64,000 nucleotides of DNA from Myxococcota bacterium (GTDB lineage: Bacteria > Myxococcota_A > Polyangia > Polyangiales > Houyiibacteriaceae), in the NCBI GenBank assembly GCA_039030515.1, contig JBCCEA010000005.1, positions 64,001-128,000 on the forward strand, given 5' to 3'. Made by a program: the position numbers and the translations under genes. This document shows positions 1 to 9,525 of this stretch, piece after piece. A model generated the notes under the pieces. That model was not told the origin of the DNA. It did not search any database and was given only the letters and a program-made list of their open reading frames with translations. Each line of letters begins with the position of its first letter. Position 1 is the stretch's first letter.

Positions 1-63
1 TGGGCCGCACCTTATTCCGATGCCGTCCCACGCTCGGCTTGTTCCCGTTTGTTGTACTGCGCA

Positions 64-1284
64 CTATGCTTCCTCTTTTGAAACCTCTTCGATCGCTTCG
101 CGCACCTTGGCAAGCCCTTCCTGCAGTTCTTCGAGCTCAATAGAGAGCGGCGGAGAAAGAACCAAAACGCCAGGGCCGGGTTTGACGTGCGCATGGACCC
201 CGCGCCGCCACAGTGCTTCTGGAAGCCTGCGGAAGGCTTTTTGTGAGAGATGAAGCTCGGTACCGCTGAGCAGGCCGAGCACTCTAGACTCGCCGACGGT
301 CTCGAGTGCACGCCACTCGATAAGGGCATCCCGGAGCGAAGGCTCAAGCTCCGCAGCGCGCTCGATAAGTCCGTCTTCTTCATAAACCTTCAAAGCAGCC
401 AGCGCAGCGGCAACCCCGAGGGGATGGGCGTAGTGGGTCAGACCGGAGGCGAGCACATTGGACTCGAAGTGGGACGCAACCCGCTTGTGAACCAATACCG
501 CACCGAGAACACCGTACCCTGCAGTAAGCGCCTTACCGCAGGTGATCATGTCCGGGGCCACCTCAAAATGCTCGAAGGCAAACCAGCTGCCCGTCCGCCC
601 AAAACCGACCAGAACCTCGTCAAAAACGAGCAGGGCTCCGTGTGCATCACACGCGTTGCGCAAAGAACGCATATATTCCGGAGTGGGAATCAGGACCCCG
701 TTGGCGCCGACTACCGATTCAACAAACACCGCTCCGACATTGCCCTCGTAATCGAGAACGTCTGCAATACGACTCCTCGACTGAGACATATCGTCGAGTA
801 CGTGCAGCACCCCAGGCAGACCGGGTTCCACCGCGACCCTGCGCCAATCTCCCGAAAGACTTGCCGCCCCCATCGTCGCTCCGTGATAGCTGCGATATCG
901 GGCGATCGCCTTGAATCTTCCGGTCACCATTCGAGCGATCTTCAGCGCAGTCTCATTTGCGTCCGAGCCACCTAAGGTAAAAAAGACTTTCGAGTAGCCC
1001 GGGGGCGCGATTTCAAGCAAGCGCTCTGCAAGCTCTACTTTCTCTGGATAGACCGCAGACGGCATGGACAAACACAGGCGATCTGCCTGATTCTTTACCG
1101 CCTCGATAATGCGCTGATTCCCGTGCCCTGCGTTTGCCTGATAGGTCAAGCTGCCAAGATCGAGAATGCGAAGCCCCTCGGGCGTCTCAAAGTACGATCC
1201 AAAGCCAGCGGATATCTCCACCGGAAACGCGTCATTTTGCGCACTCCAAGTAAAGAAAAACGGCAATTCATGTGCACTCATCAC
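64..1284 (-). CDS. Class III PLP-dependent aminotransferase (omega-amino acid/taurine-pyruvate type)
   Basis: Motifs GGSDANE, RSYHGAT, VFDEVLVGFGRTG, PDMITCGK (PLP lysine); start overlaps the stop of the upstream C45 gene. Confidence 0.92.
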   Translation of the reverse strand: MMSAHELPFFFTWSAQNDAFPVEISAGFGSYFETPEGLRILDLGSLTYQANAGHGNQRIIEAVKNQADRLCLSMPSAVYPEKVELAERLLEIAPPGYSKVFFTLGGSDANETALKIARMVTGRFKAIARYRSYHGATMGAASLSGDWRRVAVEPGLPGVLHVLDDMSQSRSRIADVLDYEGNVGAVFVESVVGANGVLIPTPEYMRSLRNACDAHGALLVFDEVLVGFGRTGSWFAFEHFEVAPDMITCGKALTAGYGVLGAVLVHKRVASHFESNVLASGLTHYAHPLGVAAALAALKVYEEDGLIERAAELEPSLRDALIEWRALETVGESRVLGLLSGTELHLSQKAFRRLPEALWRRGVHAHVKPGPGVLVLSPPLSIELEELQEGLAKVREAIEEVSKEEA

Positions 1285-2378
1285 TCAGACCAGCCGAATA
1301 CATGAGGTCTTGCACCATGGATGCATCCTGCAGCTGCACGCACCCACCTCGCTCTGAAATCGACGACCAGACCTGCGCACGTTGCAATTCCGTGTGGGTT
1401 TTCAGGAGAACTGCGGTGCGTGCAAACACTGTCCGGATAGCCTTCATGACTGCCAAGCTGAAGCCAAAGGTCCTCCCACCGGGCGATCGGGCTGCCTTCG
1501 AGCGCTTTTTGCAACGTGCTGTAACGCTCGTAGGTGGTGCTGTCTTTCGCGACAACCGCAAAAGGACGAATCTCATCACTCAAGCAATGATTCGTGTGGA
1601 TAAAGAGGCTTTTTTCCTCACACCACAACTCTTCCAAGACGGCCGATTGGCTGCCGCTCACCTCGATAGAGAACCCTTTCGCTTCATCTGCAAAAAAATA
1701 ATGATGCCCGGAACCTAACGTGGCTCCTAAAATCGTATCGCGTGCAGATTCCGCACTTCCGGCAGCCAGAGCGCGGCGCACCAGTGCAGGCCAAACCACA
1801 CCGACCTTTGCATCTGTGCAGCGCAAATTGTTGATGCCTCCGCCTACTCCATCGGCAGAAAGACCCGCCATCCCCAAACAGCCGACGATGCTGAGCAGCC
1901 ATGCCGAGGGACGTTCGTCAAACTCCGGGACCCGCATCATCATCACGTAGCCCATAGCCGAGCCGTGCATATCCCAAGTCTGGCCAAAAAGGGGGCTCTC
2001 CCCAGTGGTCGCGTAGAGCATGCTGCAGTCGTCGTCTGCGGGTCGATTCATGACAGCACCGCGTTCGGATCCGCGCAGATCTTTTAGGTCGGTGTAGTGA
2101 TTGACCACCACGATCTCCTCCGGGGTCACATCGGCACCTTCCGCGATGCCCAAGAGCTCGTCGTGTAGGCTGGAGCAGTAGCGCTCAAGCAGCGGCAGGT
2201 GATCTCGAGCTGCATCGAGCACGTCGCTGCGATGGTCAAAAGCGCCGCTCTCGACCGCCAAACCCACCCGGATCGCCGCGATTTCCTTGATCAGTGGACG
2301 ATAAGACTCTCCATGCGCTCGACCAAAAAGCCGAGGAGTCATACCGGGCACCGTCTGACCGAGATCAAAAACCCTCAT
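1281..2378 (-). CDS. C45-family Ntn-hydrolase (autoproteolytic acyltransferase/hydrolase)
   Basis: N-terminal GRAHG, ELLGIAEGA, putative cleavage site D-C-S followed by GQTWD, HTNH motif. Confidence 0.85.
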   Translation of the reverse strand: MRVFDLGQTVPGMTPRLFGRAHGESYRPLIKEIAAIRVGLAVESGAFDHRSDVLDAARDHLPLLERYCSSLHDELLGIAEGADVTPEEIVVVNHYTDLKDLRGSERGAVMNRPADDDCSMLYATTGESPLFGQTWDMHGSAMGYVMMMRVPEFDERPSAWLLSIVGCLGMAGLSADGVGGGINNLRCTDAKVGVVWPALVRRALAAGSAESARDTILGATLGSGHHYFFADEAKGFSIEVSGSQSAVLEELWCEEKSLFIHTNHCLSDEIRPFAVVAKDSTTYERYSTLQKALEGSPIARWEDLWLQLGSHEGYPDSVCTHRSSPENPHGIATCAGLVVDFRARWVRAAAGCIHGARPHVFGWSE

Positions 2379-2436
2379 CGTTCGTCTCGACGATACGTTG
2401 GACCATGCATTTTGTTCTTCGCTCTCACTGCAGCCC

Positions 2437-5400
2437 TCACTGACGCGCGCCCTTGGATGCAGTTCGGTTCAAGGCGGCGATCGACTCGTTAAAAGCGGAC
2501 TCAAGTGCATCCCAATCTCCAAAATCGAGCGGCAAAGCGATCGGCACCGCTCCCCCGGGAACAGTGCGCAAAGCAAAGCCACGAGATCTCATATGGCGAG
2601 TAAAACCCTCTGCATGTTCGTTCATGCAAAACACGCGATAGAGCCCAAGACCTCTTGTCTCAAAACCGCTAGAGACAAAAGCGGGCCTGCGCAGAAGCTG
2701 TTCGAAACGTTCTACTTGAGCGGATAGATCGACATGGCGAAGGTGCCTAAGCGTATGATCGCAGCGGATCATCGAGAGTTCATCTCCATCCCAAGTGGAT
2801 ACAAACGTCAGAGGCTTCGTGACAAAAATATCGTCACTGCAGTGCAAAAATCCTGACTGAGCGCCACTCCACCACCCGACAACGTCTGGAATCACAGGCG
2901 CAGAGGAGACGGCAAAAGGACCCCGTGCACTTCGGTAGTAAGAAGAGGCGGTTTCTATGGCGACGAGGGGAATGCCCGTTTCATCGCGGAACCGTTTGAG
3001 CTTCAAGAAAAAGGCATCTGAAATAGTCTGCCCGGTTCGCTCCTGCAGCGTTTCGAAAAATAGGCCCACGATTTTTTCAGCTCCACCCAGCGCATCGACG
3101 CGTCGCATGAGCGCCTGGATACTCAGCTCTTCGTCGTCACAGGGGTGCGGCACTCGAAAGAAATTGCGGAAGTAACTCGGTCCCTGTCGATGCAGATCAG
3201 GATCGCTGAGCGCACGGGCTGCAGCGGTCGTGTGCCCAAAGTATCCTCCCGAGAACCCCAGAACCGACTGTGATTCAGCGCGGTGATGTCGCAGCAGACG
3301 CACAGCTTTATCGAAAACCTCATCCCGAGAAGACGCGAGATAGAGATGAGGCAGGGCGGGCATGAGGGATTCCACGCACTCCACCGCCCGCGCTACCGCC
3401 GGAGTGATGTAATTGCAAAGGGTGATCTTATTGACCGCGGGACCAAACAGCCCTCCTCGCTCATGAAGCGCGGTGAGAGAAGCCGGCACGGACGATAGCG
3501 GCTGAAGTGAAGCTAAGTCGTAGTCGGGACTTGGGGCTTTCGGTATGCTTTTTCCGGGTGGCGGATCCACCTGAAAAGCTCCGAGCGGCATGCGGTAGTA
3601 CCGAGCTGCAGCTTGCGCTTCATACTGTGACTCCAGTCGAAAGACTTCATACCCACCGAGACGCTCGCTGATGCGCATCATCGCATCGGTCGCTCCAACC
3701 CGGTTTCGTGCCGTCGCATGCCGATAGCGGGGCGACGCATCTTCTCTTCGTATCGAGGCGGCTGCCCGAAGCTGCGCGCTCTTGAGCTTGTATCCAAGAC
3801 CCAACCCGCGGAACTCCGGATCTACGGTGAGCGCCAAGGAGTACAAAGTATGTTCAGCGCCATAGTAAGGATCGTCAACGCATCCATCGAGGTTTTTGAT
3901 CCGCTCTAGCGGTGCACCTAGGGCCGAACCGACCAGCCGCATACCAGACTCGGTCTTCACCTCAGCGACAACAGCGACGCCGCCCTCTTCAAAAGCCATC
4001 TGCAGCTTGGTCCGCGCATCACGTCGGGCCGCTTCATAGACCTTGGCTTCAAGCGCCATGATGGCGTCGAGAAGTGCCTCAGCCTCGTCGGGTGTGGCCA
4101 CCCGAACCGTCACCGAGTCGCATACGCTTCCCGCTCTCTCGGTCGACGGGATGCGGGAGTCGTCCTCCCATGCGGGCGCCGGACCTTGATGCTGCTGCAT
4201 CCACTCTAGGGTATGAGTGATCGCCTCAAATAGCCGTTCCACGTGAGCGAGCGCGAAGCTGCGATTCAGTCTGTAGCGCACGGTCTTGGTGCCCGAACCA
4301 AACACGATCGCTCCTCGATAAAAGCGCTGCGCGAGGTAGATCGAGAGCATCTCGGCGGAGGGCATATCAAACGCAAAGGCATACCCCCTGCATCGTGGAT
4401 TGTGCACCAACTCTGCAAACCGCTGGGCAAGCGAATCGAGCCGTGTATTCACCCACGCCTCTATGGAACGCGCATAGTCATCGCCCGCCAATACCTCAGC
4501 GTGAAGGCGACCACGCACGAGCGAAGCAAGATGAACGCTGGTGGGCTCCGGATCGGCAAACCGACTCAGAACCACGCCGACCTGAGCTCGCTTGGCAAAC
4601 GTCACACAGTCGGGAACATCCGGGCGACCGTCAAGATCGACGAGCCCATACTGGTGATGCCAAGCAAAAGTTCCTCCAAGACCGAAGCCGGTCTGAACTT
4701 CATCGAAGATGAGTGAAGTGTGGTGGACGCGGGTCAACACGCGAAGGGCGCGAAAAAAACGAGGGCTCGCGTATCGATCCCCGCCTTCGCTTTGCATCGG
4801 CTCGATCGCCACCGCGGCATAGGTATTCGTCAAAAGAGCCCGATGCAAAAACTCGAGCGAGTCCAACTCTGCCCGCAAAAGCGGATCGGCACCCGCATCA
4901 GAGCGCAGCGCATCGAAGTCGCCCTGAGCGACCGCATGCAAAAACCCTTCGGGCTCCACCGGGTCGCCAGAGTTGGGTGCAGTCCAATTGGGAAAAGGCG
5001 CAAAACACACTTCGTGACCTTCGAACTCATAGGGAGTCCGCTTCGATGGGCTGTGGCTCGCATGGAGCGCTAGTAAGGTTCGTCCGTGAAAACTGCCTTC
5101 GAATACGAGCAGCCGAGTCGCCTTAGGATTGCGTGCCCTCGCGCTACCTAGGCATAGGGCAAAGGCCTTTTCGCAAGATTCTGCACCACTATTGACAAGG
5201 CTCACCTCGAAAAGCCCCGGCACTAGAGAACGCATCGTCTGCGCAAAAGCATCAAGCTCCGGATGCCCCACCGCAGTGGTATCTGGGCACTGTAGAAGGG
5301 TATCGCCGAACTCGCCTTCAACGTACGCGCGAACCACGCGATCGGCCGCAAACCCGAGGGGCATGGTGGCCGTCTGACTCATCCCATCGAGGACAACCAG

Positions 5401-5664
5401 GCTCGGCTGGTCCAAGGAAGCCATGTACGGACCGTACGAGCGGAGATGATCGAACACCCCGGGTTTTTTCTCGCGAACCATGCGATCGCTGCCGTAAAAC
5501 CGGTGAAGCCAGCGCGTAGATGTCGGCAGGACACCGCCCGGGGGCAGCTGAATCCGCATCGGCCGAGGAGACCCAAGAAGCGACCGCTCCGCCTCTGCTG
5601 TTTCCTCCTGCTCGCAGGGCACTTCCGGTGGATCAAGCGTAGCGGTCGTCGAGGTGGTGGTCAT
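2437..5664 (-). CDS. Fusion protein: class III aminotransferase (lysine 6-aminotransferase-like) + GNAT acetyltransferase + degenerate aminotransferase domain
   Basis: Domain 1: NSGAES, SFHGRT, EPMQSEGG, IFDEVQTG, VTFAK. GNAT acetyl-CoA motif VDPEFRGLGLG. C-terminal domain: GYFGHT, ETLQE, STWDG but no DEVQ or PLP lysine. Confidence 0.85.
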   Translation of the reverse strand: MTTTSTTATLDPPEVPCEQEETAEAERSLLGSPRPMRIQLPPGGVLPTSTRWLHRFYGSDRMVREKKPGVFDHLRSYGPYMASLDQPSLVVLDGMSQTATMPLGFAADRVVRAYVEGEFGDTLLQCPDTTAVGHPELDAFAQTMRSLVPGLFEVSLVNSGAESCEKAFALCLGSARARNPKATRLLVFEGSFHGRTLLALHASHSPSKRTPYEFEGHEVCFAPFPNWTAPNSGDPVEPEGFLHAVAQGDFDALRSDAGADPLLRAELDSLEFLHRALLTNTYAAVAIEPMQSEGGDRYASPRFFRALRVLTRVHHTSLIFDEVQTGFGLGGTFAWHHQYGLVDLDGRPDVPDCVTFAKRAQVGVVLSRFADPEPTSVHLASLVRGRLHAEVLAGDDYARSIEAWVNTRLDSLAQRFAELVHNPRCRGYAFAFDMPSAEMLSIYLAQRFYRGAIVFGSGTKTVRYRLNRSFALAHVERLFEAITHTLEWMQQHQGPAPAWEDDSRIPSTERAGSVCDSVTVRVATPDEAEALLDAIMALEAKVYEAARRDARTKLQMAFEEGGVAVVAEVKTESGMRLVGSALGAPLERIKNLDGCVDDPYYGAEHTLYSLALTVDPEFRGLGLGYKLKSAQLRAAASIRREDASPRYRHATARNRVGATDAMMRISERLGGYEVFRLESQYEAQAAARYYRMPLGAFQVDPPPGKSIPKAPSPDYDLASLQPLSSVPASLTALHERGGLFGPAVNKITLCNYITPAVARAVECVESLMPALPHLYLASSRDEVFDKAVRLLRHHRAESQSVLGFSGGYFGHTTAAARALSDPDLHRQGPSYFRNFFRVPHPCDDEELSIQALMRRVDALGGAEKIVGLFFETLQERTGQTISDAFFLKLKRFRDETGIPLVAIETASSYYRSARGPFAVSSAPVIPDVVGWWSGAQSGFLHCSDDIFVTKPLTFVSTWDGDELSMIRCDHTLRHLRHVDLSAQVERFEQLLRRPAFVSSGFETRGLGLYRVFCMNEHAEGFTRHMRSRGFALRTVPGGAVPIALPLDFGDWDALESAFNESIAALNRTASKGARQ

Positions 5665-5780
5665 CAGAGCGAGTTTACCTCGCAGCGCATCGTCTTATGT
5701 GGATGAATCGAGCTTCGAGATCGAGTTGACGCGATTGCACAAAAACACGATGCGGTCCCCAAGTGCACAGCGCCTCACCT

Positions 5781-6632
5781 CTACTGATAGGTCACCGACA
5801 GACCCAACCCAAAACTATGGAACGAATAGCCGTCGGCGCTCGGGATACCGAGGTAGGTGTAGGAGACGGCCAATCCTAGGGCCCAACTATCGCTGACCCA
5901 CCACTCTTTGCCGCTGCTCGCTAAGAGCGCAAGTCCGATATCCGTATCGTACGTAAAACTGGTGGCTTCGACCCGCGCAGAGGCAAGACCTAGAGAGCCG
6001 CTCACAAAGATGTTCTTCGGCATCATCCAATAGGTCACCCCAATACCGAGCCCGCCGGCGCTTACGTAGACTTCTTCGTCGCTGCCTAAGGGCAAAGCGG
6101 ATCCGTCGGCTCTAGGCCCGGGGGCGGTGACGGCGAGGAGATTTCCGTGAAGCGTGAGATTTGGAGCTACGCTGCCGCCGATCGCGATGTCGGTGAACGC
6201 GACGCCTCCCCTCATGTTCAAGTCTGGGGTGGAAAAGTCTCCGGTCGCGTAGCCTCCGCCAAGCATGATGCGCAGCATGACCCCGTCATGTTCATGAACT
6301 CCGGACGCAGGCCGGACAGTTTGGGGGTCAGGTCCGCTCTGGACGGTCTCGGGCAGTGCATCCGAAGGCACCATGGACCGATACGCGGACGATTCGCTGG
6401 AAGCGGAGGGACGATAGCTGGCTGGGGGAGCGGGCACCTCGATCGGGGCGTCGGCGGACAAAGGCGACGCAGCGGAAGTGGGTTCGTCAGAGGACTGCCC
6501 GAGTGGATCGTCCAGCTCGGCAGAGCCTTCTTGGGCAAGAGAGGAGCGGACCTCTCCGAACACAAAAAAGAACACGGCAAACGCAACAGCGCACCGCGTC
6601 TGCGCTATCCGATGCATCTCAGAACCCGCCAT
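5781..6632 (-). CDS. Outer-membrane beta-barrel protein with Pro/Ser-rich N-terminal linker
   Basis: Signal-peptide-like hydrophobic stretch, alternating amphipathic strands, GKEWWV motif, C-terminal GLSVTYQ; start codon uncertain. Confidence 0.7.
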   Translation of the reverse strand: MAGSEMHRIAQTRCAVAFAVFFFVFGEVRSSLAQEGSAELDDPLGQSSDEPTSAASPLSADAPIEVPAPPASYRPSASSESSAYRSMVPSDALPETVQSGPDPQTVRPASGVHEHDGVMLRIMLGGGYATGDFSTPDLNMRGGVAFTDIAIGGSVAPNLTLHGNLLAVTAPGPRADGSALPLGSDEEVYVSAGGLGIGVTYWMMPKNIFVSGSLGLASARVEATSFTYDTDIGLALLASSGKEWWVSDSWALGLAVSYTYLGIPSADGYSFHSFGLGLSVTYQ

Positions 6633-7260
6633 AGAGTGCACACGGTAAGAAATGGTTCGCGTGCGGACAAGCAAAGGCCACCTTTTCTTGGTGACTTTGG
6701 ACGCTAACGTAGCCACGGGCGGACGGGGACCCATCCCGCCCGCCCGTGCACTCTAGCGCTGCTGCCGTATGTCGCAGCAGCTCCCCACCACCATGTTCGT
6801 CGAGCCCTATCCATCCGCGGACCGGTCACAGACCGGACGCTCATTCTTTGCAGTACCAGCGCGCGATGCCTCGGGATCAAACGCCGACGTCGGCCCGGAC
6901 AAGAGTCCTTAGTACTCTCTTGTAGCGTCTCTGCTGTCGTCGAAGGATTGTCCTGGAATGCGTGGTTCACTCTTTGTTGATGCCCCAGGAAAACGCGTCG
7001 CGTCAAGTCTGTGTGGCGTCATGGTTCGACCCTCAACAGCATGATTTCGTGTCAAAGGAGATCGAAAAAGATCTAATTGCGACAGAAGATGATCGCAACG
7101 GCGCATCATGACCGTTTTTTGCACACTTGAGTGCAGCATCGCTTTATGAGGCATCACACGACTTAGGAATCTATTTTGTGCGTTCTCTCAAAATCAAATC
7201 TAGGCCTTAAGATCTGGTCGAGCCGAGATGATCTGCACATCCATGCACGCCCCTATCGGC

Positions 7261-7320
7261 GCTCAATGGCAAGGAGCTCAATGGCAAGGAGCTCAATGGC
7301 AAGGAGCTCAATGGCAAGGA
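7261..7320. repeat. 15-bp tandem repeat (GCTCAATGGCAAGGA) x4
   Basis: Four exact adjacent copies. Confidence 0.97.
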
Positions 7321-7342
7321 GCTTGATGGGACCCCGACTGCT

Positions 7343-9281
7343 TCAGAGGCGATCGATCACCGCGACGTCTTCGAGCAGCAGACTGGTCAAAAAGCGAGTG
7401 CGGATCAAAGCGACCTCAGGATCGTCAAAAGCCACAAAATGCCCGCCAGCTGCCTGAACAAGTCCGGCGGTCGACACTCCGAATGCTGTATTTTGGCTTA
7501 CCGGCGCGACGACAGACGCAATGCCCAGTATCGACAGTGCAGAAATCGGCTGAAGCACCGGTTCGACCTGGGGGATCTGCGCTGCAGTAGCGAGCGCCTC
7601 GATGGAGCTCGGGGGGGTATATGCATCTGCAACGCCTTCGGTCTGCAGCAACGAATGGCCGCTCGGGACAGCGGAAGCGGCGTAGTTCACCGGATCTGCG
7701 GACTCCGCAAATGTTTGCACCAAACTGAGCACCGGATGCTCTAAGCGAAGCGGATCTCCCTCGGGGTCCGCTTCAGGCCCGATCCGGACGATCGAGCGAA
7801 GGAGGGTGGGCACATCCACCGGCTCCTCCTTTTCTACCAGAGCCACCGAAAGAACGGCGCCCGCGCCGCTGAGAACCCCCCCAAGGGTGACGTCGTCTAT
7901 CGCCACAAAAATCGATTGGCTGATCCCCCCTTGAGAATGACCAAACACCGCAATTCGGTCGGTGCGCAACGCGGCATTTCTACCGAGAAGCGACATGGGC
8001 AGCGTCAACCGTTGACACAGCCGTACCTGCTGAACTAGGTCGACCACGCTCTGACGGAAGTTGTCTCGAAAAGCTTCGGGATTCACCACGTTGAATGCAG
8101 CCAGATCCTCGGGAGCGCCGGTGGGATTCCGCTCGCCATGGTGAATCTGGTCAAACCCGATTACTGCGATGCCCTGCTCTGCCAAGTCTTGTGCCACGCC
8201 ACTGCGAACGAAAGACAAGTAGTCGCCACCTGCTTCCGTGAGCGTAGACCACGATGGGATAGCCGGCGCTGCCGAGGCCTGGTGACGTCGAGTCTGCAGG
8301 AATCGAAAGCGCAAACCTCGGCTGCAGCACGTCCTGCAGAATCGGTTCGCCATCGACCCATTGAATGTCGCCTCCGTCCTCAAAATAGGGAGCGTCCCCC
8401 TGCTGAAACACGGGCAGGGCATCGAACCGTCCTTCCAGAAGCGTGAACCCTTCGGCGTGCGTCAGAACGCGCCAGGCGCTTTCCATCGCCAAGGGCGGGT
8501 CGACGTTGTCGAGCATCCACTGCCGCAGCGTCTCGAGCTCAGCTCTAGGATCCTGAGTCGTGAAGACGGTAACACCGCGAAGCCTGTCGAGCGCGATCCC
8601 GGAATCTTGCGCCCAGTCGATTAGGGGACGCAGCACGGCTCTTGCTTCGTCTTGCCCATCCCCGGTCGCGCCAAACAACAACTGTTCGAGATACCGATCG
8701 CGAACGTAGCTTTCGCCATCTTCAGTGCGCACGTCATCGGTGAGGACCAAGCCGTAGGTCGTATCTCCGTCGAGCGGGATTCCTAGAATCGGCCGAACCG
8801 CCAGAGTATGGCTCGGCCAGTACGGGGTGGCGGTCTCGCGAAAGTAATACTCGACTGGATGTCGCCTGCCGTAATCGGAACTCTCTGAATCGAGATTGAC
8901 GAGAAACACCGAGGCGTCTGAGCTCAGGGCTGCCTGAGGATCTGCGGGTAAGGTCCCCAAGTCGGGCGGCTCCGAAAGACGCAGATACATGGCCGAGTTG
9001 GTGCCGAAACCGGTCAGCGAAGAAGCAGCGTCGATGTACTCCTGCAGTAAAGACAGCTCAAACGGATTGGGCCAGGCGTCCAATTCGAGTGTGCCATCGG
9101 GGTTTTTGCGTAAGTCCGAGGGAAATGGGAGGTCAAAAAAGGAGCCGTCCTCAGAAAAGTACGCAAAGGGCAACCCCTCGATCCTCGGATCGAGTTCGAC
9201 CGAGGCGTCGACTTCACTCGATCGACTCGTATGACAAGCGCTAGCGCAAGCTAGGAGAATCACGAAGACCTGCAGGCTCAT
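7343..9281 (-). pseudogene. Lipoprotein alpha/beta-hydrolase (lipase-like) split by a 1-base frameshift near 8232 (pseudogene or sequence error)
   Basis: Lipobox-like LACASAC, PFPSDLR, GFGTNS, VFTTQD. YPIVVYAHG in one frame continues as GGDYLSF...GHSQG in another. Confidence 0.8.
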
Positions 9282-9525
9282 TCGCTTTATTTGAAATGGG
9301 TAGCAGAACCTCAGCATGCTCTTTGGTTCGAATTGCGGATTCGAATTTCGTTTCATTTGACACTCTGTTTGAAGTTAGTCGTCTGTCGCTCGGCGTATCA
9401 AGAAGAATCGAAGACGTGCCTTGAGACGCATTTGGGTACGGAGCTTTGTCGGCAGACTCCATCTGCAAGCAAATGAGCCTTAAAAGAGCATGGCGCCGCA
9501 TTGAGAGCTCGTGTTAACGAGTCCC

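Noticed and set aside
64..5664. Beta-lactam biosynthesis cluster (Lat-like enzyme plus isopenicillin N acyltransferase-like C45 protein)
   Set aside because: No ACV synthetase or isopenicillin N synthase in the window; both families are widespread outside beta-lactam pathways
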